From contig CM120643.1 in NCBI GenBank assembly GCA_051362555.1, positions 6,014,001 to 6,078,000 on the forward strand: 64,000 nucleotides of DNA, written 5' to 3'. The position numbers and the translations under genes were made by a program. Below, piece after piece: positions 52,602 to 64,000 of the stretch; position 1 is the first letter of the stretch; the number at the start of each line of letters is the position of its first letter. Source of the stretch: Lingula anatina (taxonomy: Eukaryota > Animalia > Brachiopoda). The notes under the pieces were generated by a model that saw nothing but the letters and a program-made list of their open reading frames with translations, had not been told where the DNA came from and made no database searches.

Positions 52602-55600
52602 ATGTCTACACAGTCGCTGGTAAGTTTTATTTTTTATTCAAAACTGAAATTCTGTAGCAAGTTCAATGTAAGCCCACACAGCGCCTTTTTACCTGTTCAT
52701 GATTTTTTATGTGGTTAATTTTTATTCTTAAAAAATTCATGTCACACGTTTTGCTGATCATTCTGTTAATGGTACAAATGCATACATCACAAACTACCAA
52801 ATAAAGATACAGAACTCCATGATTTGTGTCTTGTTTAACATGATTTCATTTATTTATTGTACATATTGCAGATGACAGCTGATATGGAAATTCAGGCCTT
52901 CCCAACTACCAGACTCGGCACCTAAGGATCCTGAATTAACCGGTATATCGGACCATGCTACCCGTTTTCAAGGTGTGTGTGTCAGATCGCATCTCGGAGT
53001 ATCATACCCCAGAACAAATTTCGTAGCACGGCTGCGGGCTCATCCACGCTCGGCTGAACAACCTTAAACTGTACTCTTACTTTAGAGTACTCTATTTTAT
53101 TGTCTCTATGGGGATATATGGGGACTTTATGACATTCGGTTTGAATGTTTTAACCACTTTTGATAGGGCTTTTTTGCATTGTATTAGATTAATGTGGCAG
53201 TCTAAGGTTCATCTAGGTGTTTTTCAAATTTATGCACCCGGTTTTAAAATCATATAGCGATTTTACGACAATCGTTTACTATCCAATCAAGGTGACAGAC
53301 GAGCATGCCAGGGCTCATCCTGTCGGTGTTCTGGCTGATGCTCCGAAATGCGATCTGACACACACCTTGAAAACGGGTAGTGTGGTCCGATATACCGGTT
53401 AATTCAGGATCCTTAGGTGCCGAGTCTGGTAGTTGGGTAGGCCTGAAATTGAAATTAATAAAGAAGAACAGTGTGCTCGTAAGTTGTGTGTGTGTTTGTA
53501 TAATCAGACTATATGTGTTTTATAATACAATATGGGCCTAAAACTACTCTTGCAATTATTTTGTTGTTACTTAAAATAATTAAAAAAAAAAAACATTTTA
53601 TTTGCTCATAATAAGAAAATAAGATACATATATATATATCTTTCTTTATTCACATTAATTAAAGGGATAATAATAAACTCTTTGTATGAGATCTATATTT
53701 TACAATAAAAACATTGTGAATAACTCATATAAAATATAATATAATATAAAATAATAAAATATAATATAATATAATATAATCTGTTTTACCTCAAAAACAG
53801 AAGTTATAGCTATTATTCTGATATCTGAGCTTGTCAGCGGACCACGTGAACTCCATAGATGGCTATTCTCTGTAATATGAAATTATAACAAAAAAAAAAG
53901 AAAAAAAAATTTTTAGGAAAAAAAAACAGGGACTAACTTTGAATGTAGAAATGGATTCATTAACCATTGGTAAGTATGGGAAAATTGTTGTTTACCCCAG
54001 GAAAATTCATTTTTTGGCCAAGACAAACAGTTATTATCCCAGTGATCAATTTGAATGTCTGTAGTGTAAATATCAAAAAGATATATTGATAGGACATCTT
54101 TCTGTTTTATTTTATTTATTCTTTTTATTTTTAACAGCCATGGCCACAGTCAGAATTGTTTTAAAAAACAATTTATTGAAAGCAAAAGTGGTGGGCAGGG
54201 GAACTGCCCTCGGGGGATGGGACCCCCAGCGAGGAGTGAACCTGTCAAGGTTCACCGATATGGGAGTCCCATCTCTCAGGGCAGAGTATCTCCTGCCCAA
54301 GGGCTCAAATATGGTATGAAAATTCATTAAGCCACAAAATGTAAGTATGAAACTTTTTTTTTTTTACAAAAATAATAATCTGAGGTAAAATGATAATCTT
54401 TCAAATTGAAAAGAAAATTTAAAGTCCAATACGTTTAAGTGTTTATTTATTCATACCTTCATTCATTTCTTCTGGTGTATTTGATTTATCATTTATTGTA
54501 TATATATATATATATATTACCATTTTACTTTTCATTTTAGACATTAACATATCATCAAGTAATTTATTTGTTTGTTTGTTTGTTTGAGTGTTTGTTTGTT
54601 TGTTTGTTCATTCGTTCATTTATTCATTCATTCATTCATTCATTCAGCCTTATCACCTTGGGTGTGGCTGGACATGGGAGCCTGAACCCTTTAGGAACAG
54701 GTGCCTCCAGGTGACCACTAACGACAGCATGGAAGTGACCTGTACTTGGGGAGAACTGGACATGGAAATAAAAGGTGCTTGATCTTATAATTCTCTCTCA
54801 TATAACCAATGGAAATCAAAGGTGAATAAACCTTTTAATTTTTTCATGCATAACATATTGAAATAATTATGATTTGATCCAACAATCCTATAAAGTATAA
54901 CCTATGGGAAGAAATGATGAAATGGTCCTTTAATACCGCCAAATACATTTTGGACTATATTTTAATCTATATCATAAATTTTGAATAACAAATAAATGTG
55001 TCATCTTATTCCAGAGTGGGACTACATGTACAAGCCTGTTCAAAGTCCACACAAGTGGTAAGTCCACACCATTGCTCTAATCAATCAACTTGATGCATTT
55101 TTAATCTTTTAGCAAGGATTCATGAAATGAAATTACAACAACTCCCTGACTCTCAGGGTGCAAGTCTGGACCCTCAGGGGCTGTTGACAATGAATTTGGA
55201 GACCTAGCTAATGTGCACTAACTCCATGGAAACTCTCACTGAATACAACCAGATTAACAGACTAACACGCTTCTCTTTGTCTCCAACATACTCCAACATA
55301 CTCACATAAATGGTATTCCTTAAAATTCAATTCTGTTCTTTCAGGTGATACTAAAGAAGAGAATAATGTAGCAATTGAGGAACTAGGTAAGGTTGGAATC
55401 TTAGTAAAAGAAGATAATTTATTTATTTTTTAGTCAATTAAATATTTTAATGTGTCTTCATCAAAGTGTAATGGGCCTACTGAATCCTTTTTGAACATGG
55501 GCAGATATGGAATGTTAAGTTTGTATTTTTTAATATTAAAATATTATTAAAATATCATTTTTTCTTTAGCTGATATCAAAGACACAAAGAGTGTGTCAGA

Positions 55601-56109
55601 TGCTGAGGGCAGTGAGGAGAGAGGTAAGACAGTAAGGTCAATTTAACAGGTGTTCATTTAACACGCTTCAAAAATTTACACACACACAAACAGGCTCTCA
55701 GACACAAACAGGGGCAAATTGAGGCCATCTTCTGGGTCTTCTGGAAGATGGTCAGAAGATTACATTGATGGGGATTTAATTTTTTGTCAGAAGACAGTCC
55801 ACAATGGAGGATGGATCAACAAACATAATTTGCAAGACTGTCAGAAAATCTCTCTTGATCCGCCCCTTACAAACATTGTGTTTTTATTCCCTGTTCATTG
55901 ATCTAAAACTTTGAATACATCTTTGACTATGGTATTGAATCCTTGTTGTATATGGGCATGGGATGTTGAATTTGTGTTCCATTCTTTCCTTCAGTTGATG
56001 TAAAAGACACAACAATTACTGTGACAGAGTTCGTGAAGGAGAGAGGTAAGACAGTAGGGTCAATAGAACAGGTATCAATTTATAACACTGATGACATGTG
56101 ATTGTGCAT

Positions 56110-56150
<41 letters not shown>

Positions 56151-58100
56151 AGTTGATACCAAACTGAAAGACAAGAACAATGTAACACTTATAAAGACCC
56201 TAAGTATTGAGGAGATTGATAAGACAAGAATCTCAGTAAAATAGTTATGACTTTTAATATACTTATGAAACATGCGTGCACACACATACACTAACAAACA
56301 CACATACACACGCACATATACACACCACAAGCATATGTTGCTCAAGCAAAGTCTTTAGCATACTTAAGAAGATAATTTATTTTTTAAGTCATTTAAATAT
56401 TTGAATGTGTCTTCCATAAATTGTAATACTGAATTCTATTTGAACATGCACAGATATGGAATGTTAAGTTTTTATTTGATATCATTTTTTCTTTAGCCAA
56501 TATCAAAGCCACAAAGAGTGTGTCAGATGCTGAGGGCATCAAAGAAAAAGGTAAGACAATAAGCTTAGGACAATTTAACACGGAATTCATTTAACACACT
56601 TAAAAATGTAAACACACAGATGGAATTTGGGGGGGGGGGACTCTTACACACAAACACTGAGTTAAAATTCACTGTTCAGTGATCTATATCTTTGAATGGG
56701 TCTTCGACTATGTTAAATAATGTATTGAATTCTTGTTGTGCACAGGTATGAAATGTTTAATTTGTTTTCCTGTCTTTCTTCAGTCAATATCAATGACACA
56801 ACTGTGAAAGCAGACGTGAAGGAGAGAGGTAAGACAGTAGGGTCAATAGAATAGTAGGGTCAATATTTATTACACTGATGGAATGTGATTGTGCATGTAC
56901 ACACACGCACACACACACACACACACTCCTTATGTTGTGCCAACAGGGTTTGTGCTTTTGGCAAGTTTAAAATAACATTGGCAAAATTGTTTATTCCAAA
57001 TACTGGTAAAAGTGTTTCGTTGAGGCTTCATACATGAAATATGATGTTGCACTGATTTATTGAACATTTTATACTTTTGCCTCTTAGTAAGTATTATACA
57101 TTTTATAAAATAGGTATAAGAAACATAAATGACTTGATCGATACAGAGGGAAATTACCTCACATACCAACAGTTCAAGGAAAGGCACGGGAATATAATAA
57201 ATTATGTTACGTTCACAAGTATACTATGCGCAGTAAAAAAATTTCAAAAACAAATGAATATAGACAATTTACACGAAAAAATTGAGCTCCCTATAATTTC
57301 AACCCAACTTAAATGGCTATTAAAATTTACAAAAGGGGGGAAACCTTTTTACAATATTTTGAACTCAAACGAAATGAAAAAGACTAATGCAATGTCAAAA
57401 TGGGAACTCCTTTCTAAAGAACCTCTCACAGCTGAAGAGTGGAAAATCTTGAATAACATTCCTTTCCAATGTACTTTAGATACTAAACTGCGCTGGTTTC
57501 AATTTAGAGTATCAAAAAGAATTTTAGCTACAAATAACTTTTTACGAAAAATTGGGATAAAAGACACAGAGACCTGCTCCTTCTGTAACGAACACCCTGA
57601 AACTCTTCAACACTTATTTATTGAGTGCAAAGTAATTGCTCCCCTTTGGGCAAAAATACAAGACTGGATCCATTTAAAGACTGGACTTGTATTACAATTA
57701 ACAGCATCTGATATAATTCTAGGAATTCCAAATTTGAAATGCAATGCGCTCAACAGTTTGCTGATCATAACAAAATTTATTATATATAAATTTAAAATGA
57801 AAAACATTACCCCGAACATAGAAAATATTAAAATAGAATGGAGACAGGCCTACATCGCAGAGAGAAATATAAGTCTGAGAAACATGACAATAGATAAATT
57901 TAATGAAAAATGGAAAAAGCTGCAGCCTCTCTTCCTGGACTGATATCTTCTATCTGCGTATGTTCCCCTGCCGATATTTGATAGTAAAACACATATTTGT
58001 TTTTATCTGTATTAGATCATATTATTTATTAAGTATTATTAAGTATTTTACTATTAGGTTATCAATATATCGTTGTTGACATATATATTAAATGACACAG

Positions 58101-58137
<37 letters not shown>

Positions 58138-58368
58138 CAAATGACTGTCTCTTTGTGAGTGAGTGAGTGAGAGAGTGAGTGTGATTTTTATTTAGTTATT
58201 TATAAATTTTGTATTTTTTGCTGAAATCTGTACTTATTTGAGATATGCAATAAAAAAAAAAAAAAAGTATTATACATTTCAGCTCCAAAGAATCGCCGCC
58301 AATCTAGGTGGAGGAGGGTATTGAATTTGTTCACGTCTTGCTTCAGACGGAGTGCACGAACATAATTG

Positions 58369-58410
<42 letters not shown>

Positions 58411-58816
58411 TAAATAATTCTAAACACTTCAGACATTAAGAAATGAAGAAAAGTCAACAGTATTTTTTAAAGGATAGATTTATTATACATTTGCAATTTA
58501 GTTCTTTTCGTTTGTCTCTTTGTTTTGATGGTATCATAACTAAGTAAGCTTTCATTTTTTTTAGAGGAAAACTATGTCAAACAGATGGTTAAACTGTACA
58601 TGAAAGCAGTAATTATATCATAGTAAGAGCTGGTGGTTGTAAAGTTACTGTCAACATCTATTTACACCTAACTGAATACACATTTTAACTTAATTATATT
58701 TTAATATTTTCTTGTTTTATTTTCCAGGGTTGTCAGTGCAGAACTATCATTACCTTTGTAGAAGCCAGTTTAAAACTGCAAAATGTCATTCTCTTAATTT
58801 TACAATAAAATATTAA
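52602..58816 (+). CDS. Multi-exon CBM20 (starch/glycogen-binding domain) protein with charged micro-exon-encoded tail; exon 2 interrupted by a MITE
   Basis: Exons 52602-52619, 52872-53478 (minus the MITE), 54138-54313, 54648-54774, 55345-55386, 55570-55623, 55995-56045, 56497-56550, 56784-56828 and 58728-58816 all join in frame at GT-AG sites. CBM20-like motifs KVVGRGTALGGWDPQRGVNL and WTWEPEPFRNRCLQV...VTCTWG. Last exon tentative. Confidence 0.7.
52893..53445. mobile_element. MITE with ~110-bp TIRs and 5-bp TSD
   Basis: caggccttcccaactaccagactcggcacctaaggatcctgaattaaccgg... / ...ccggttaattcaggatccttaggtgccgagtctggtagttgggtaggcctg. TSD aaatt at 52888-52892 and 53446-53450. Confidence 0.9.
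55709..55868. mobile_element. Short CAGGGGC-ended MITE; an inverted relative lies at 59399-59567
   Basis: caggggc...gatccgcccct. The sequence at 59399-59567 is a reverse-complement relative, and a similar-ended element occurs at 62522-62729. Confidence 0.65.
57104..58264 (+). mobile_element. 5'-truncated L1/Tx1-type LINE (ORF2 C-terminus, 3'UTR, poly-A)
   Basis: ORF to 57943 with a zf-RVT motif (KLRWFQFR...LATNNFLRKIG...CSFCNEHPETLQHLFIEC). aataaa plus poly-A at ~58249-58266. 15-bp TSD aagtattatacattt (57089-57103, 58265-58279). Confidence 0.92.
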
Positions 58817-58874
58817 ATTTTGGTAAATAAATGAGTTTTGTTTTTCTTTTCTTAATTGAGGGTACCTTAGGGGA

Positions 58875-61650
58875 GAGGTGATCACGGTTCATGGGAAATA
58901 AAATCATTAATGTACAAATCACAATAAATGAAACTTTATTTGTATCTCACTGACAATGCTAGTTGAAAATCCTGAAAATTACAAATTATCAGGTATAAGG
59001 CTTTGTTTCACGAAGGGCAAAGAATAAAAAGCTGCATTTATGAGCCACGGGAATGAGGTGCTTCACGGATCACGTTATATAATATGGACATTTTACGCAT
59101 CTCAGGGAAATAAAAACTGACTGTAACTGGTAACAAGATACACAATGGGACTCTTTTAATCTTTTATTAAACCAAAGAAATAAACTATACATGACGCAAA
59201 CTTTTCACTACATTCAAATATATACATAAACACTCACACACATGTACCCTACCATACGGCTCAATTACTGATACTTACGGTTTTATATTTTAGTATGTTC
59301 AAGTTTAAATACAATAGATATATAGTTCAAACTCCTAGGAATGTACATGAAAAGTAAACTAACTTTTGACAAAAACTGTGTTTTTTTAGATCACTTGCCA
59401 GGGGCAGATCCAGAGATATTTTCTGACAGTCTTCCAAATTATCTTTGTTGATCCATCCTCCATTTTTGACCGTCTTCCGACAGAAAAAATTAGATGCCCA
59501 TCAATGTTATCTTAAAAATTTGACCATCTTCCAGAAGACCCAGAAGACGGCCTAAATCCAACCCTGCTTGCAACTTTTACAGATAAGGAGTCTGTTTTAA
59601 CTGTTATATGTAATATTGAGAGAATCTGGAAGCTACATTGGTGACAGTGGAGGAACAGGAAAAAACTTCTCATCGTTATTAACACCACCAGTAAAATAAT
59701 TTGATGAGATCTCCCCAAACTGGATATCTTGAAAGACAGAATGGAGAAAACAACAAAATGAATTATGGGGATCCCACCCATCCAGCAAGTTCTTTTTGTA
59801 TTCCTACCCAGCAATAGTAGACTGTTGACTCTTAATTTATTTAAGGACAGTTGATGGTTTTAAAGTAGTTTTTGACTCTCTGCAGTATTTAATTTCCACT
59901 TTTAGGCCTAGTTCATAATTTTTTTATTGTCCAGTGTTTTATTCTAGTTTTATCTCTCAAAGGGTAACAATTGCCGATATTTATTTTTTAATATTTTTCA
60001 TTGGCTGAATAAATTCTTACTTTATCTTACCTTACTTGTACTATTGCTATAGCCATGTTACATGTATTATTATAAAAAAAAAAAAAAAACATTGCAATTA
60101 GCGGCAACAAGTTCTTTTTGTAAGACAATCCCTTTCTTGTCATCTTTCAAAATGATTAAAGGATGTAAAATATTTTACAGGCTGCTCTTCCCCGTTGCCA
60201 ACACTCTCAATATTCAGGTCTATCATTTGAAATCAAGTGTTTTATTGTATAAAATATAACATGTATAAAGCCAAAGACTTCATCCAATAATCTAGCTTTG
60301 TTTAATACTGTGCATGAACCCAAAATTATGCTATAGTATAATCAAATAGAAATATCAAGACTTCTTGAACAAGATTGATCACATTAGAAATCTCCCCCCC
60401 CCCCCCCTCGTCATCCTGCCCCCTTTCTACTGATACCATACAAACAAGCCACCTTCCAAACTCAGCGTGGGTTGAAGTGTGAAGTAGGTCAAAAGCTCGG
60501 ATATGCCATGTAAGGGTTCTTGGGGGAGATAGGTGATGTCCTTTTGCGTTTTTTTTATTCTGCCAAATTTGAGAAAAATATCAGTATCTTTCATGGCACT
60601 TAGTCAGTATAAATTCAAATAAGTTAAGTTTCTTTCCTTTATCACGTAATGAAAACCTTTACCCCCTCTTGTGAATGCAATGTGACGTCTGCAGAGCATC
60701 AGCGTCTGCCACCACGCTGGCTGATTCTCGCTTCCCGGGAGCTGAACAGTTAACGCGGTCTGAAAAATTTTAGGGAGAGTCAGATGAAATAGAGAGGGAC
60801 CGTTGCATCTACAATGTTTTACATAGTGAAGCTGGAGTTGTGGGCTAATGTTACTCTTTTCTTTAAAATTCGCAATATACTCTACCTTTCAGAAACTCTA
60901 TGATACCAAAATATTTTGCTGGCATCTTGATACATTTTCCCCTTCTGACTCCCCCTAAAATGGTCCACACTAAAAAATCAATTATCGTATGGCAATTTTA
61001 TACAGGCAATATTGACCTACTTGCTATCGGCGAGTTTTATGGCTGTGGGGTGAAGACGCGATACACGTCTGTGATATAAAAATTATTTCTAATTATGTAA
61101 TTTACAAACTGTGTGTGTGGATCAAAATCGTTCCGATTTTTTAGCAAAAGGGGAAATTACTTCTTGAAAACGATGAAAAAATTGGAGATAAGTCAAAATC
61201 AGAAAAAAAATGCATTTTTTCTCTTATATGCAAATTAGGTCCCCTGAAGTAATATATGATTTGCCGGAAGTGATGTTCACATCAGAGATTTGTAATGGTG
61301 ATGTCTTTGATGATCTTAATGGTGATTAAAAAAAAACCTTACCAAAGTTTGCAGTTGTCGTCTGGCGAGAAAGAAATTTTCTGCAATAACACAATCTTTC
61401 CACGAGCGAAGAATGTATATTGCACTTGCCTCAGAGATGCGCTGCAGACGTCACGGCTTTTGTGTGAAAATTGCACTCGATAATAGGTTATTATTACGAT
61501 ATATAGTCTAGGTTAAAAAAAAAACTGCGTATCTAATGTTTCCAAGTGAGTGAAAATGGATATCGGCAAACCATTACATTTTGAATGCATTTCAATTTAT
61601 TTTCTATTTATTTGTGTTCGACAAGGGTGAATTTAATTAGGTTTTTTCTC
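58875..61650 (+). repeat. Diverged dispersed duplication, copy B
   Basis: Collinear with 30890-34520. Shared anchors include ctcttccccgttgccaa, tgaacagttaacgcggtc and atatgcaaattagg. Confidence 0.8.
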
Positions 61651-64000
61651 TCTCTCTTGCTCTTGCTCTCAGGAATATTTCAAGACAACTTGTAATCGTA
61701 TAAATTGATAAGCATCAAATAACGTGCTTCTTAATTATGTTCTTGATGCACAAATAAATTGCACTTGAACTGAATACCGCCTTGACTTGTGTTAAAATTA
61801 CCTTTTTCATAAAACAATAAATTCTTCTCTTACTCTTTAAATGCGGAAAATCGACCTGTATTTCGGTTGTGGATAAACTCAACTTTGTTTGGCAACATAT
61901 GTCAAGTTGGAAGCATTTGTTTATTCTGCTTATTTTGAGAAGGGGATAACATTTTCTATTTCGTATTTAGTGAACATAAAACTCAAAGATCTTCATTTCC
62001 TTCCTTGCACCACATATGTCTAATTTTTAAATAAAACAAGAAAAGTTGAAAAATGGAGTAAACTTTGAGTTTTTTCTATAAACATCGCAAAATGTAATAC
62101 CCGTGAAAAGTCAGAATTGTATAAGGCTTTCACTTTTAAGATTTTCTTAAAAGATTTTTCTGTTAATGTCCTGATAAGCTCTCCTTTGGAAGAACTGAAG
62201 GAAAAGTCTTCACACTGTCTTATTTGATGTAAATCTTTTCATATCGATAGCCGAATGTAAATAAACACTATGTTAATTCTAAGTCACCGCTGTAACCATA
62301 TCTGCTTAGAAAATACCCTTCTCATGTGGAAAGATGTGTGACGCTTATTTCCCAAAAACCGAATTCTCTAAGTCATGGACAAAATTGTGACTGACGTTTA
62401 TTCATCTGCAAATCAAGCCGGTGTGACAGGAATGGTAGTCGTAGGAATGTTAGTCCGGGATCACATATGGTAAGTACAGATTAGGGTTAGTCGGAGTTAG
62501 TTGGAGTTAGTACATGGGACGCAGGGGCAGATCCAGGATTATTTGAAGGTGGGAAGCCGACTCCCCCCCCCCCCTTTGGCGTATGTTCAGGGGCCTGCTG
62601 AAGGGCGTGAAAAAATTGGTATTTTAGAGGGCGAACAGTGGCATTTGGTTGGGTTTAGAACTATGATTCAGCTAATCAAAATTCTAATTTCAGGACCCCC
62701 CCCCCCCCCCCCCGCTAAATCTGCCACTGCACAAGATAGCTAGAGGATATCTATGATTTGTGTTTTTTTTTTTTTTTGTATTTGTTTCATTTAAATTATC
62801 CATTCATTAGGGTATCGTGTTTCTTTCTTTTTTTGATAATAGCTGGTGGCATGAAAAGTAAAAAAAAGGTATCCAGTACGGCTAGTTGAAGGAGCTTCAG
62901 GTCAGATCTTTTATATATTCTTTACCAGTAGGCCTACTTACTCTATAGAAAATGAATTTGTAAATTATACATGCCATTTCAAAAAAATGTATATATGAGT
63001 CACCATTGAGAAAGGAAAATGCCGTAGATAATTGTTACATAAGTCAGGTGAAGATATGACTTTTGATTTCCAGTTAATGTGAACAGTGATCTTGGTCACT
63101 GATCTAAACATGTTTATGACATAATTTTTTCTAATTGAAATGCAATAAAGTACTGTAAAAGACTAGAAATTGTATTGTTGTAATAAAAAAATGCAGATAC
63201 CTTACAGAGGGCAACAGATGGGAATAGATTTTGATTATACTGTATGAAATAAAATAATAAAAATAAAAAATACTGTATGAAATAAAAAATCTGATGAAGA
63301 GGTGTTAGGATAGGACTTTTTTTTTTTTTGAATGAATGTTTAAGTTGATGGTTCATATAACATAATCAGGTATAAAGTATAGAATATATTTCAGTCTGTT
63401 AATTGAATTGTTTAACCAACTGGGTTTTTCTAGGATTTCAATAGCTTGACTACTTTTTTAAAATGAAAGATTGGTTTTATTCAAATTCGAAATATCTCAA
63501 ACTTAAACAAGCATTATTTGCCATGATTATCCATGAAACTTTGTCTTCTTTTACAAACTTGTATTCTACTATTTAAAACTTGAGCACGAGGGTCAGTAAA
63601 AGAAAAAGAAAATTCAGAAAATACTCAAGGCATATTTTATTATCACAGATCATTGAAGTTATTTTTAAAAAATGTCTATTTAAAAGTGAATGAGATCATT
63701 AATGGCAGTATTTATTGATAAAAAAGGAGATTCTGGTCACGTTTTTTGCACTGTTGCAATGTATTAAATAGTAAGGCAGTATGTTCGTCTATATATAAAA
63801 ACAATTCTGATCCATAAGAAATTTCAATACAAAATATTTTTTATGATTTTAAATCTTTTTTTTAAATCATAAACATGGCATAGTTCTGCAATGGGGGTAT
63901 GAGGCTTCCATGAGTCTCTGTTTGATAAAAGTTCTTGCACTATTTCTGGAATTATATCACTTAGTAAAAGGTTCCACTGGCAACAGAGCACTGAGTTTTT

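Noticed and set aside
62481-62510. ttagggttag...ggagttag as a telomeric repeat
   Set aside because: Fewer than two perfect units, consistent with chance.
61700-64000. Terminal AT-rich region
   Set aside because: Apart from a small MITE-like element at 62522-62729, I saw no supportable feature.

Overview
Eukaryotic, AT-rich, intron-bearing animal DNA. The repeat families look molluscan/lophotrochozoan (inference). There are no prokaryotic genes, rRNA/tRNA or CRISPR. Four zones: (1) ~1.5-27 kb is a dense mosaic of short, decayed, often intron-containing fragments from ~20 unrelated transposon genes (DxxH-type transposase, DUF4806, Mirage/EnSpm, Ulp1, KolX/P2RX7_C, pogo, Sola-like, Myb/SANT, Academ, hAT, THAP, Tc1, CARF-like, BEN, Gypsy, Ginger, OB-fold, Ulp1-PHD). 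19 of the 20 I recognised are on the + strand. (2) ~28-30 kb has minus-strand splice signals and a promoter-like region pointing into that mosaic. Zones 1 and 2 together resemble a uni-strand, flamenco-like piRNA cluster (hypothesis). (3) ~36.5-50.3 kb is a complex satellite (~780/975-bp units containing ~193-bp subrepeats). It is interrupted by a 3.75-kb IS3EU-like TIR element with a 6-bp TSD, which itself contains a 2.2-kb element with a 9-bp TSD. (4) 52.6-58.8 kb is a spliced + strand CBM20-domain gene missed by the ORF track. It has an array of symmetric phase-1 micro-exons, a MITE in exon 2 and a 5'-truncated LINE with a 15-bp TSD in an intron. Family names come from my recognition of motifs in hand translations, not from database searches.
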